A stretch of 64,000 nt of DNA from an uncultured virus (IMG/VR IMGVR_UViG_3300030044_000012) (taxonomy: Duplodnaviria > Heunggongvirae > Uroviricota > Caudoviricetes): IMG/VR virus record IMGVR_UViG_3300030044_000012; one strand, given 5' to 3'. The position numbers and the translations under genes are program-made. Positions 1 to 8,496 of this stretch are shown here, one piece after another. Below the pieces are notes generated by a model. It made no database searches. It was not told the origin of the DNA and saw only the letters and a program-made list of their open reading frames with translations. Positions within the stretch are counted from its first letter, which is position 1, and each line of letters starts with the position of its first letter.

Positions 1-556
1 AGGCGGAGGCAAGTTGCGTCACTGAGTTGCGTGCTGCGTCCTGCTGCCGCCAGATGAAATAGTTTTCGACCTCGATGTAATCGGGGATGGTGAAAGCACG
101 AGCATCGAATACAGCATCGGGAGTTTTACCAAACCACGGGGCTTCCTTCATTGAGTCAGACCATGATGCAGTTTTACTGAAGTGGGCTACGATGCGGTTG
201 AAGCTCATGGTAGCGATAGAAGCAGCTACAGAAACCCACTTCTGGAGGTTACCGTCGAACCATGATTGTGAGCCCTCGTCAGCGAAGTCGGTCGCCAGCA
301 CAGAAATTTCATCGCTCTGGACATAGGCGAAACGAGCCCCGGCGATTTCCTTGCAGAGAGCGATGGCCGCAGCATCCATGCAAGACATGAATTTGGTATC
401 ATAAGGCTTTGTGAGCCCCTTTGTCCATGTATGGAAGGCGCGACCATCTACACGAAGAATAGTGTAGGTGCGACGGGGCAGGAAGAACCGACTGCGGTCT
501 TCATACTGACCCTTCATTCTGTCTCCGAGTTTGTCGTTCTTTGGCTGGTTGCCCAT
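1..556 (-). CDS. tRNA(His) guanylyltransferase Thg1-like protein (3'-5' RNA polymerase), 3' end runs off the window
   Basis: Absent from the ORF track because it has no stop in the window. Manual translation from ATG 556: MGNQPKNDKLGDRMKGQYEDRSRFFLPRRTYTILRVDGRAFHTWTKGLTKPYD...YVQSDEISV...WFDGNLQK...FDARAF...NYFIWRQQDAARNS. RxDGRxFH, QSDEIS, FDAR and WRQxD are Thg1 hallmarks. Confidence 0.95.
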   Translation of the reverse strand, partial: MGNQPKNDKLGDRMKGQYEDRSRFFLPRRTYTILRVDGRAFHTWTKGLTKPYDTKFMSCMDAAAIALCKEIAGARFAYVQSDEISVLATDFADEGSQSWFDGNLQKWVSVAASIATMSFNRIVAHFSKTASWSDSMKEAPWFGKTPDAVFDARAFTIPDYIEVENYFIWRQQDAARNSVTQLASA

Positions 557-558
557 GG

Positions 559-874
559 TCATCTTTCGTTGTAAAGAGCGGAGATAACTTCATTGGAGGG
601 GAGAATCGGTTCGATGGAGTCGGTCACGTAAGGCAGGTCGTGCTCACCTTCACAGCACAGCCAAGAACCGTCCGTAAACACGATGCGAAGCAGCTTGAAT
701 GTCACGTCCCCAAACTCTGCGGTAAACCGACCTTCTACATCTGCAATTTCTCTTCCGCAGAGTTTAGACACTAGTATGCTCTGGAGTCCTGCACTCAGGA
801 TTTCCGGGCACAGACTCCCATTCGATTAAGCCTGCTTGGTCAGCTAACTCCAAAACCCTTTTAAACAGGATCAT
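559..874 (-). pseudogene. Hypothetical phage protein apparently split by a frameshift (36-aa ORF from ATG 874 overlapping the 70-aa ORF 771-559)
   Basis: ATG 874 overlaps the ABC ATPase stop and reads MILFKRVLELADQAGLIEWESVPGNPECRTPEHTSV*. The ORF VSKLCGREIADVEGRF...EGEHDLPY begins in another frame at the same spot (AGTGTCTAAA). Confidence 0.4.
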
Positions 875-1746
875 AGGCTCCTGAACTCCTGCTTAACCTG
901 AGCTACAAACGCCATGAAGTCCGGGCGAAGTACAATGTCAGGTTGCCACGCCAGATTAAGGTCAATCAGGTTGTAGCTCTTGACGATGTAAGAACCATCT
1001 ACCGTGGCTCCAGAAGCGTCGTGGTCGCGTCCAAGCATCCAGATGTGGTCAGCGACCGCACAAGCGGCGGTAACGTCGTGTGTGACAACGATAACCGTGT
1101 TCAGGTCGTCCATGTTGGCTACCTGCTGGATCAGATGAGCCGTCTTTTCGAGGTTGATTGGATCAAGGCCGGAGAAAGGCTCGTCCATCAGGATGTAATG
1201 TGAAGAGCAGAGAATCTGTTGGATGATAGCGATGCGCTGACGCTGACCCCCCGACAAATCTTTCGGGTAAGCTAACAACTTGTCGGCCAGACCGAACTCT
1301 GTGAGGTACGCCATGATTTTGTCCATAGCGACTGATTTTGACTTCTCGACCTGCATCGCGGCCAGCATCAAGTTGCCCTTGATGGTGCGATGATAGAAGA
1401 GAGGGTAGCTCTGTGCGACCACACCAACATCCCCGGCATGGACTTCACATTTATCTTGTGTACAACCCTCGCGGCCACAATGACAGTTGTTGATGTAGAC
1501 GTGTCCGCTGGTGGCTTTTTTAAGACCGGCAATGATGCGGAACAACTGCGTCTTACCGATGCCCGAGGGGCCAAGGAAACCAACGACTTGCCCCTTCACA
1601 ATGCGGTTGCCTTGAGCGTCCGCACGATCAACTACAATGTCCTGAATCTGAGCGTTGACGTTCTTCAGGACTTGACGGTCGTAGCTGAGACAAACGTTGT
1701 CGATGGTAAGCAGTGCTTGCCCGAGATGGTATTCCATGGTTGCCAT
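871..1746 (-). CDS. ABC transporter ATP-binding protein (NitT/TauT/SsuB-like)
   Basis: Walker A GPSGIGKT, signature LSGGQRQR, Walker B/D-loop ILMDEPFSGLD, H-loop VTHD. Start MATMEY at 1746 is coupled to the upstream stop. Confidence 0.95.
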   Translation of the reverse strand: MATMEYHLGQALLTIDNVCLSYDRQVLKNVNAQIQDIVVDRADAQGNRIVKGQVVGFLGPSGIGKTQLFRIIAGLKKATSGHVYINNCHCGREGCTQDKCEVHAGDVGVVAQSYPLFYHRTIKGNLMLAAMQVEKSKSVAMDKIMAYLTEFGLADKLLAYPKDLSGGQRQRIAIIQQILCSSHYILMDEPFSGLDPINLEKTAHLIQQVANMDDLNTVIVVTHDVTAACAVADHIWMLGRDHDASGATVDGSYIVKSYNLIDLNLAWQPDIVLRPDFMAFVAQVKQEFRSL

Positions 1747-1928
1747 TATCGTTTCCCTTTCAGAACGGCCCACGATGAACCGCATGGGGCCGTATCAAAC
1801 CCACAACTTCGGAGTTGACCAGCCACCCACTCAGCTACCTGTTCCCTTGTCTGTGTTTTGAAGTGGTCGCTGTGGCTGTGCATAGTCAACGCCATCTCGA
1901 ACATGATGTCAATCAGCTTCTGTTCCAC
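1746..1928 (-). CDS. Small hypothetical protein
   Basis: 60-aa ORF overlapping both neighbours in the operon. Confidence 0.6.
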   Translation of the reverse strand: MEQKLIDIMFEMALTMHSHSDHFKTQTREQVAEWVAGQLRSCGFDTAPCGSSWAVLKGKR

Positions 1929-2253
1929 GACGACGCCGCTCCACTCTTACATGAACTCGATGATAAATCGGTTCCGACTTCAGGGTTAAAACCCCATCAA
2001 TGCTAATCACAACATCGGGGTGCTTCTTACAGAAGTAGTTCAACACAGTCTCCAGATTTTCAGCGACCTGTTTCGCGACTTCGGCTCGGTATTCAGCGAA
2101 GAACTCCCCCTCGGTTCTCATGGAGGGAGGCCAATCCCCTAACGTGTAGCCGTAAATCTCAGCGGTGTCTCCACCGTAGTTATTGGTTCCCTCATAGGCT
2201 TTGGTCAATTGGTGCCAGAGGTCTAAAGCCTGTTTCACAGACATGGAAAACAT
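1909..2253 (-). CDS. Hypothetical protein
   Basis: ORF track 1909..2436. Start moved to MFSMSVK (2253) to avoid overlap with the permease. Confidence 0.6.
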   Translation of the reverse strand: MFSMSVKQALDLWHQLTKAYEGTNNYGGDTAEIYGYTLGDWPPSMRTEGEFFAEYRAEVAKQVAENLETVLNYFCKKHPDVVISIDGVLTLKSEPIYHRVHVRVERRRRGTEAD

Positions 2254-2260
2254 TAGATGC

Positions 2261-3037
2261 TCATTTCTCTGCGTATGGGCAGAACAGGTTCTTCGTGACG
2301 CCGATAGCATAGTCCTGACCGACGCCAAGGATGAGAATACAGAGTTGAATTGCCATGATGTCGCCGAACCGGGCGTGCTTCTGCATAGTTTGAAGTACGG
2401 TGCCAACACCACCCTCGGAGAACACCACCGATTCAACCATGGTGAGCATCATCCAGCCCATGGCAGCAACCGTGCGGAGCACGTCGAATACTTTGTCAAT
2501 CTGGCCGAGGACGACTACTTCCCACACCACACGCCAGTCGCCCATACGCAAGGTACGAGCTAGGTCGTACTGCTCCTGCGGGATGGACTTGATAACATCC
2601 AGCATCGAAGTGATGAACCACACGCTGATAGAGAAGGTCAACATCGCGACCTTGACGGTGTGCGGGTTGGCAATCGCCACAGCGAAGGCAACTGAGAGCC
2701 CTGCCATTGACAAGAACCGGAGGTAAGTGGACATCATTACAACCGGCTTGAAGATAGGAACTACCGAGAGGTATGACAGTCCGAGAGAGATAACAATCGA
2801 CCAGAGGATGGCCTGAAGGTTCAGCATGTAGCTGATGATAAGTTGGGCACCAAGTCCCGCTGTCCACTGGTCTTGAAAGCAAGACAAGACCTCTGAAGGG
2901 TTAGGCAGCAGCGGTGAGGGGCTAAGCACCCAAGCTAGAGTGAGAGCCGCCACTGTCCCGGTCATGAGCATGAGAAAGGTTCTCTTGCTTGTAACTTTGA
3001 GCGGCGATACAAAACCAAAAACTTCTGTCGCGGTCAT
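2261..3037 (-). CDS. ABC transporter permease (NitT/TauT/SsuC-like)
   Basis: About six hydrophobic helices, EAA-like loop IPQEQYDLARTLRM, and WMMLTMVE...GGVG motif. Confidence 0.9.
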   Translation of the reverse strand: MTATEVFGFVSPLKVTSKRTFLMLMTGTVAALTLAWVLSPSPLLPNPSEVLSCFQDQWTAGLGAQLIISYMLNLQAILWSIVISLGLSYLSVVPIFKPVVMMSTYLRFLSMAGLSVAFAVAIANPHTVKVAMLTFSISVWFITSMLDVIKSIPQEQYDLARTLRMGDWRVVWEVVVLGQIDKVFDVLRTVAAMGWMMLTMVESVVFSEGGVGTVLQTMQKHARFGDIMAIQLCILILGVGQDYAIGVTKNLFCPYAEK

Positions 3038-3336
3038 GAAGCCCTCGCGTGCTTGAACACCTTAGCGAATTCCTCTGGTCGCTCAGCGTACTCCGCCAAG
3101 GTCTTCTCTCCCTTTGGAGTTATCCACCAAACCGCGTCTTTCGCCCCGTTGTTTCCAACGTGTTCGCCGCGAAGTTTAAGAGCACTAAGTGCCCAGCCAA
3201 CTTCGTACTTGATGGTGTGTTCAGTGGCTGTTGGATACATCTTGTGGATTGCGTCCTTGATAGCCTGACGCTTGGCACATCCGCCGAAAACAGCCAGAAC
3301 CTGCAAAATGGTGATACCAAAATCCCAACGTTTCAT
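3034..3336 (-). CDS. Stand-alone Mrr N-terminal-like winged-helix protein
   Basis: ILQVLAVFGG...EVGWALSALKLRG...VWWITPKG pattern typical of Mrr_N; SD GAGGGG before ATG 3336. Confidence 0.65.
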   Translation of the reverse strand: MKRWDFGITILQVLAVFGGCAKRQAIKDAIHKMYPTATEHTIKYEVGWALSALKLRGEHVGNNGAKDAVWWITPKGEKTLAEYAERPEEFAKVFKHARAS

Positions 3337-3448
3337 GGTCCCCTCAAGGATAGGGGAGGGTTTACCCCTCCCCCTGTATGGCTGCAACCAAGCCGGGTCG
3401 CTGCCAATCTAGTAGCTACCAAAAAGAATGACTTTCAAACTCTTTGGT

Positions 3449-4135
3449 ATGGACAACTTTTACGTGTACCAATATCTCAGAGAAGTAGATTCCGCCAACG
3501 GTGCGGCGGGTACCCCCTATTACATTGGCAAAGGCCGTGGCAAAAGAAAAACCTCAACCTCTCGAACAACACCGAAACCAACTAACCCGAAGTGTATCAC
3601 TCTTGTTGCTGAAAACCTCAGTGAGGCGAAAGCATTTGAACTTGAGAAGAAGCTAATCTCCGAGTACGGTCGCATTGATACCGGCACCGGCTGTCTTAGA
3701 AACTTTACCGATGGTGGAGAGGGTAACACAGGGTTCAAACCCTCTCCCGAACTGCGTGCCCTTTGGAGTGCCCAACGTAAAGGTAACCAACGCCTACTCG
3801 GATTCAAGTTCAGTGAAGAATCCAAAAAGAAAATGAGCGATGCCCGTAAAGGAAAAAAACGGTCTGCTCAATTCTGTGAAAACCTCAGTAAGGCACTCAC
3901 CGGAATTAAAAAATCACCAGAGACCTGCAAGAACATCAGTCTTGCCAAGGTTGGTAAACCAACCAAACCTAACAAGGGCAGAACCGGGCAGCACTGGACA
4001 GAGGATGACAAGAAAAAACAAGCCGAGTTCAAGACAACATGGTGGTCAGACAAACAGAACAAAATGAAGCAATCTGAAGGGATGAAAAAGTGGTGGGCTG
4101 AGAGACGTAATGCAACCAGCCCACCCGTCTCTTAA
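3449..4135 (+). mobile_element. Free-standing GIY-YIG homing endonuclease with NUMOD3-type repeats
   Basis: FYVYQY...PYYIGKG, conserved E and N (EKKLISEYG...LRNFTDGGEG), then SEESKKKMSDARKG / SPETCKNISLAK repeats. Antisense to the surrounding operon. Confidence 0.9.
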
Positions 4136-5949
4136 TTTTGCCCTATCTGAATTATCTCCACCCTACGGTTCTTCTCCTTGTTAGCCGCTGAATCGTTGGG
4201 GGCTACAGGGCCTTGAGAACCGTGACCTTCAACTGACTTGAAGCGGGTGCTGGGGAACTCACGACCCGCTGTCTGTTGCAGATACTGCCGAACCGTTTCT
4301 GCACGAGACTTGGACAACGGGATGTTCACCGTGTCAGAGCCTGAGTTGTCGGTGTAACCGTCAATCTGCAAAGCCAGACTCTTGGCGATGCTCAATTTCT
4401 CGGCCAGTTCAGCAAGCTGCTGCTTACCCTCCGGCGTCAACTTAGCAGAGCCAGTGGCGAAGCCAATGTGTACAGCATCCTTGCTGACCTGCGTACCCTG
4501 TGCGACTTCAGTCGAGTAGTCCACCTCTTCAGCCGGTGCCGATTGTGTACCTGCGTTGTTCAGCAAGTCCTGAGCCGACCGAATGAAGGACGTATCCACC
4601 GCATCCTTGTATGCCGGGATGGGGTTCTTCTTAGGGTCGAACAAAGTTGGATACTGCTCCACGTCGATACGAGCGAATGTCTCGTATGTGGCCTTCATGT
4701 TGTTCCCATAACCATCCGCCAAACCAAAATACTGAAGGTCGTCCTGAAGGTTGAATACAGCAGAACCACCGAGAGGCTGACTTGTTGCTTTGTCGCGTAC
4801 GCCCTTGGCATAGTTGAACCAGTAATCGGCTGTCTGGTCGTTGTAGACTTTGGTAGCGATTTCAGATGCCTTGTGCAGAGCCGCATCATACGCCTTGATT
4901 TGGTCAGAGGCTGTAAACGTTGCAGCCAAAAACCCAGTAACTTCATCGCGATTGGCATTGACGAACTTGTCGAGTGCAAGCAACACGTCGGGCATCTGTG
5001 CGGAGTATTCCTTGGACGAGATGATCTTCGCCGTACCAGACACACCATGCACAGCTTGTTCGTCACCCGGCGTCCAAGTCACGACACCATCCGGGCAGAC
5101 CTGTACAGTCTTACCATCGGGTTTGCCGTCGATGACTTCCTTACGTGACTCGCACTTATGCGGAATGTAAACATCGGTGACGGCCTTGATGTAGTCGTCG
5201 TCCGGGGCTGAAATCCAGTTCACCGCAGTAGGGTCATAGGTAGTCAGGTCAGGGTTGTTCTTGAGGTTGTTAAACCCCTCAAAAGCCAAAGCAATGTTCC
5301 AGTCACCGTCACGAATGACGCCAACGATAGTTTTGCCCAGCATAGATTTTGGGCTGTCTTTCCACTCCGCAGGACCGAGAAGGGCATCCTCACCATTGGA
5401 GCGACCGACAGCACCGTAAATCTTCAACTTGACGCCAAGTTTCTCCAACTGTGGGTCGAGGTCGGCAAGCCACTGACCAGCAGAGTCCCCCATGACAAGA
5501 ATGCCAACCACACCTGAGGTGCAAGTCTGGTCACCATCATGCAACTGCTTCGCACAAGCCAGAAGGTCTTTCTTCATCTGGTCGTTCGAGTCCTGCCGCG
5601 TGATGTGCAGGTTAACACCAAACTTCTCCATCAGAGAACCGGAAGTAGTGTCAGCCCCACCATTGGCGAGGAACACAGAGTTCTGCGCGTTCCACTCCCA
5701 CGCCTCGATGGGGAATGCGTTCGCGGAGATATGGACTGCACTGGTAGACGGGTACGGAAGTGGGGCCACACCCTGCACCTTCGCGTCTTCCTGCTTGGGC
5801 AGGTTGACCTTTGACGCGGTAACAGACTTCAAGATGCCCGGTGTGGGGATCAGACCATGTTGCATCGCGGTCCGAAGACCGAAGACAACAACAAGGACGC
5901 CTATGATTACCAAGAATGCCTTGGCTTGTGGTTTGATTCGAGTTGCCAT
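4132..5949 (-). CDS. Membrane-anchored periplasmic substrate-binding protein (PBP type II, NMT1/THI5-like) fused to a C-terminal OmpA-like peptidoglycan-binding domain
   Basis: N-terminal TM helix; central alpha/beta region (RSNGEDALL, WTPGD, QMPDVL); C-terminal OmpA_C motifs FATGSAKL, IDGYTDNSG, LSKSRAETVRQYL, GHG..PVAPN, NRRVEI; clustered with the permease and ATPase. Confidence 0.88.
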   Translation of the reverse strand: MATRIKPQAKAFLVIIGVLVVVFGLRTAMQHGLIPTPGILKSVTASKVNLPKQEDAKVQGVAPLPYPSTSAVHISANAFPIEAWEWNAQNSVFLANGGADTTSGSLMEKFGVNLHITRQDSNDQMKKDLLACAKQLHDGDQTCTSGVVGILVMGDSAGQWLADLDPQLEKLGVKLKIYGAVGRSNGEDALLGPAEWKDSPKSMLGKTIVGVIRDGDWNIALAFEGFNNLKNNPDLTTYDPTAVNWISAPDDDYIKAVTDVYIPHKCESRKEVIDGKPDGKTVQVCPDGVVTWTPGDEQAVHGVSGTAKIISSKEYSAQMPDVLLALDKFVNANRDEVTGFLAATFTASDQIKAYDAALHKASEIATKVYNDQTADYWFNYAKGVRDKATSQPLGGSAVFNLQDDLQYFGLADGYGNNMKATYETFARIDVEQYPTLFDPKKNPIPAYKDAVDTSFIRSAQDLLNNAGTQSAPAEEVDYSTEVAQGTQVSKDAVHIGFATGSAKLTPEGKQQLAELAEKLSIAKSLALQIDGYTDNSGSDTVNIPLSKSRAETVRQYLQQTAGREFPSTRFKSVEGHGSQGPVAPNDSAANKEKNRRVEIIQIGQN

Positions 5950-6003
5950 ACGATGTTCCTCAATCCTTTCGAGATTGTACTGCGGTTGTGGTCTTTCGAC
6001 CCG

Positions 6004-7092
6004 TTACTTGAACGGGTCGAAATCGTCGGTCTTGGTGCTGGCAGCGGCTGACGCAGCCCGTGCCACAGGGACAGAAACTCCCGGAAGCTGGATAAAGTCG
6101 GCTGCTGAAGGCTGAGAGCCAGCGGTGAGAAGCTTCTGGCTGAACTCAGCAAACTGCTGCCGTGCCAGTTCGGCGTTCGCCCCGGATTCGAGACTCTCGT
6201 CGGTCATAAGCTTGTCGGTGAAACGGCTGAACTCACGAATCTGACCCAAGGTCTGAGCGGTATCCTGCTCAAGGAACTCAAGAGCCATATCAACCATCTG
6301 CAACTGTTCAGGCTTGCCGCGAAGCAACTGCTGTCCGACACTCAAGGTGCTCTTAGCATCCAGAATCATGCTGCGTTGTTCTGCAAGGAAGTCCACCTTG
6401 AATGATGTCCGCTGAATCTTTGCGTCAGCAAGCTGCGACCAGTTTTGAAACGTGGTCAACAGATGCTTCGTATCAGCTTCCAACGCCTGAAGCTGCTTGA
6501 CACCCTGCAACAGGAGACCAGCCTTTTCCGCGTTAGTCTCGGATGCAAGTTGTAGCTGCTGCTTCTGCATGGGATCAGTGAGCGCAGCCGCTCGTTGAGC
6601 CGCTTGCTGTGACATGGCGTACGCCTTCTGAGCCTCCGTGTTCTTTGCCGCGATATTACGCTGCAACCGCTCCTCGGAGCCTGAGAACCTCTCAACCGTC
6701 CCATCGAGAGTAGCCTTCTCCTTCTTCATGTCGTCAAGGTTGTTGCGAAGGATACCGATAGGGTCGATGGTAGTGTATGTCTGGGCGACCGCTCGTGAGA
6801 GACTTTGAAAAGCGTTCTTGATTACCACACGAACCATTGTAAACGGGGGTATGCCAAAAGCAACCATGGCGATGAGAACTAAAGCCCCAGCGTAGATGGA
6901 TGCCAGCAAGGTGTCGGCCAGCGTGGTCAGGATAAATGGGATGATCGCTCCCCAAAAGATGAAAAGGGCGACAGCGGCAGCGGCAATGCCGAGACCGAGG
7001 AGGAATCTACCCGCCCCACCTTCCGGTCGTTCCCAAAAGGTCTTTGGTTTGAATCCCTGTGGGATTCCAGAGGTACTTGGTATGATTGACAT
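6004..7092 (-). CDS. Two-TM membrane-anchored PspA/IM30-like coiled-coil protein
   Basis: Two N-terminal hydrophobic segments, then IDPIGILRNNLDDMKKE...EERLQRNI, resembling the PspA 'EDP..L...I.DM' start, then a long heptad coiled coil. Confidence 0.65.
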   Translation of the reverse strand: MSIIPSTSGIPQGFKPKTFWERPEGGAGRFLLGLGIAAAAVALFIFWGAIIPFILTTLADTLLASIYAGALVLIAMVAFGIPPFTMVRVVIKNAFQSLSRAVAQTYTTIDPIGILRNNLDDMKKEKATLDGTVERFSGSEERLQRNIAAKNTEAQKAYAMSQQAAQRAAALTDPMQKQQLQLASETNAEKAGLLLQGVKQLQALEADTKHLLTTFQNWSQLADAKIQRTSFKVDFLAEQRSMILDAKSTLSVGQQLLRGKPEQLQMVDMALEFLEQDTAQTLGQIREFSRFTDKLMTDESLESGANAELARQQFAEFSQKLLTAGSQPSAADFIQLPGVSVPVARAASAAASTKTDDFDPFK

Positions 7093-7128
7093 GTGTTGCC
7101 TGTATCCCTTCTGTTGGATGGTTAGAGG

Positions 7129-7839
7129 TTACTTCAACATCGCAGCGTACTGAAGCTTTTGGGCATCAATTTCTGCCGCACGACGCTGAAGAGCCGAGTT
7201 GAAGCCGGAATGTGTACGAGCAGACTTTGCCTGAGCATCAGACAATTCATTCGCAACCTGCTGCTGCTCTGTTTGAAGAGAAGCAAGCTGGTTTTGAATG
7301 TCAGTGAGACGCTGAGTACGAGCGGTGATTTCTTTGGCTTCAAAAGCAGCGGCCTTCGTCTTGAAAGACTCTTCCGCTTGTGACAGTGAAGCCTTCAGAG
7401 AATCGAAGACGGCGAGGATGGCGTCTTCGCTCACATTGGCCTGAGATTTGGCAGTGGCGACAGCAGCCTTGAACAACATCTGCCGATCAGTGATGAGTCC
7501 TTGTAGGGGGACGACAAATCTCTGAATAGTCACCGCGATTTCAGATGCATCAAAGTTTGTCTTGTCTAGGAGCTTCTGATAGAACTCCTCAGCTTCAGGC
7601 CCAGCCGGTACGGCGGAGTTCACGAACGACGAGAGAGAGACGGGGGCTGCGGTCGCCGGAACAGGGGCAACTGCTGCGGTTGTATTCCCAAAACTAAAGG
7701 TAAATGGAGCCGGTGCGCTGGCAGCAGGGGTGAGTGGGATTGCTGTGGAGGTGGCGTGGGTGACCGGATCAGGGGTTTCGTCTATGTCAACGACCAGCCC
7801 CTTAAGGCCATCCAGAAAACTATGATGCTTATCGCTCAT
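7129..7839 (-). CDS. Soluble coiled-coil protein with Pro/Ala-rich linker; first gene of the envelope module
   Basis: Start MSDKHHSF at 7839 with SD AAGGGA; C-terminal Gln/Ala-rich coiled coil. Confidence 0.8.
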   Translation of the reverse strand: MSDKHHSFLDGLKGLVVDIDETPDPVTHATSTAIPLTPAASAPAPFTFSFGNTTAAVAPVPATAAPVSLSSFVNSAVPAGPEAEEFYQKLLDKTNFDASEIAVTIQRFVVPLQGLITDRQMLFKAAVATAKSQANVSEDAILAVFDSLKASLSQAEESFKTKAAAFEAKEITARTQRLTDIQNQLASLQTEQQQVANELSDAQAKSARTHSGFNSALQRRAAEIDAQKLQYAAMLK

Positions 7840-7942
7840 GAGTATCCCTTCCGAAGCGAAGTAGAATGAAGTGGACTTAGTGTACCACAACGCTACTCGC
7901 CCGTGTGACGCCTTAAAACAACTCAAGGCTCACAGTGCTTGT

Positions 7943-7985
7943 AGTGTACCAGACTCTGGAATATTTTAGCTAGTATTTTTCTTAG
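7943..7985 (-). promoter_or_regulatory. Class A promoter (TAGCTA-N18-TACACT) upstream of the envelope module
   Basis: One of eight copies with the same 18-nt spacer and an A-rich upstream tract. Confidence 0.75.
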
Positions 7986-8419
7986 AAAATGTAGGCGAGG
8001 GTGAGGGTGTCTTCATCGAGCACCTTAAACTCTTGCAATTCTGCGGTTTTCGAGATAACACCGCAACGCTGCAAATATTCAAAAGGTGGGATGAAAGTTT
8101 CCAGCAAAGTGAACACCTTAGCGTAGGGAAGGAGGATACACATTTCTTCAGTGTAGGGTGGTTGAATGCCACAGGTGTGGAGTAAAAGCAGACTGCGTAA
8201 ATGCTGGGGTTCGGAGGTTAAATACGAGAGGCGGACTTTAACATAGCCTAGTTTTGAAGCCGCAAGGTCTGGCTTCCTTGCCGGAGCAATAGGTCGCCCT
8301 TCAAGCGGAGACTCTGACAGTTTGATAATCGGGTTGGTAGCCAAGGAGGTCTCCTTACTGAAGAAGTATGAATCACAAATTTTAAACTCGCGATGGTCCT
8401 CCAACCAGATGGCGACCAC
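7982..8419 (-). CDS. Hypothetical protein (an in-frame ATG at 8488 is separated from it by a TAG at 8435-8437)
   Basis: ORF track plus manual reading of the upstream frame. Confidence 0.6.
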   Translation of the reverse strand: MVAIWLEDHREFKICDSYFFSKETSLATNPIIKLSESPLEGRPIAPARKPDLAASKLGYVKVRLSYLTSEPQHLRSLLLLHTCGIQPPYTEEMCILLPYAKVFTLLETFIPPFEYLQRCGVISKTAELQEFKVLDEDTLTLAYIF

Positions 8420-8496
8420 TCCCTCGTTACGCGACTACCGAGAGGGCTCACTATGCCTAGCGTGAATAGCGTCTGGTTGGAAGGCCATGATCTATA

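Noticed and set aside
3379..3421. tRNA-like acceptor stem ending in CCA
   Set aside because: Only 43 nt, with no D, anticodon or T arms; better explained as a minus-strand hairpin.
3428..4135. Group I intron around the GIY-YIG ORF (also considered for the HNH at 34284-34961)
   Set aside because: The flanking genes are complete on both sides and there is no room for an intron core, so the nucleases are free-standing.
871..7839. Host chromosomal DNA or a chimeric join explaining the ABC operon
   Set aside because: The operon is interleaved with phage-type genes and carries the same class A promoter found across the window.
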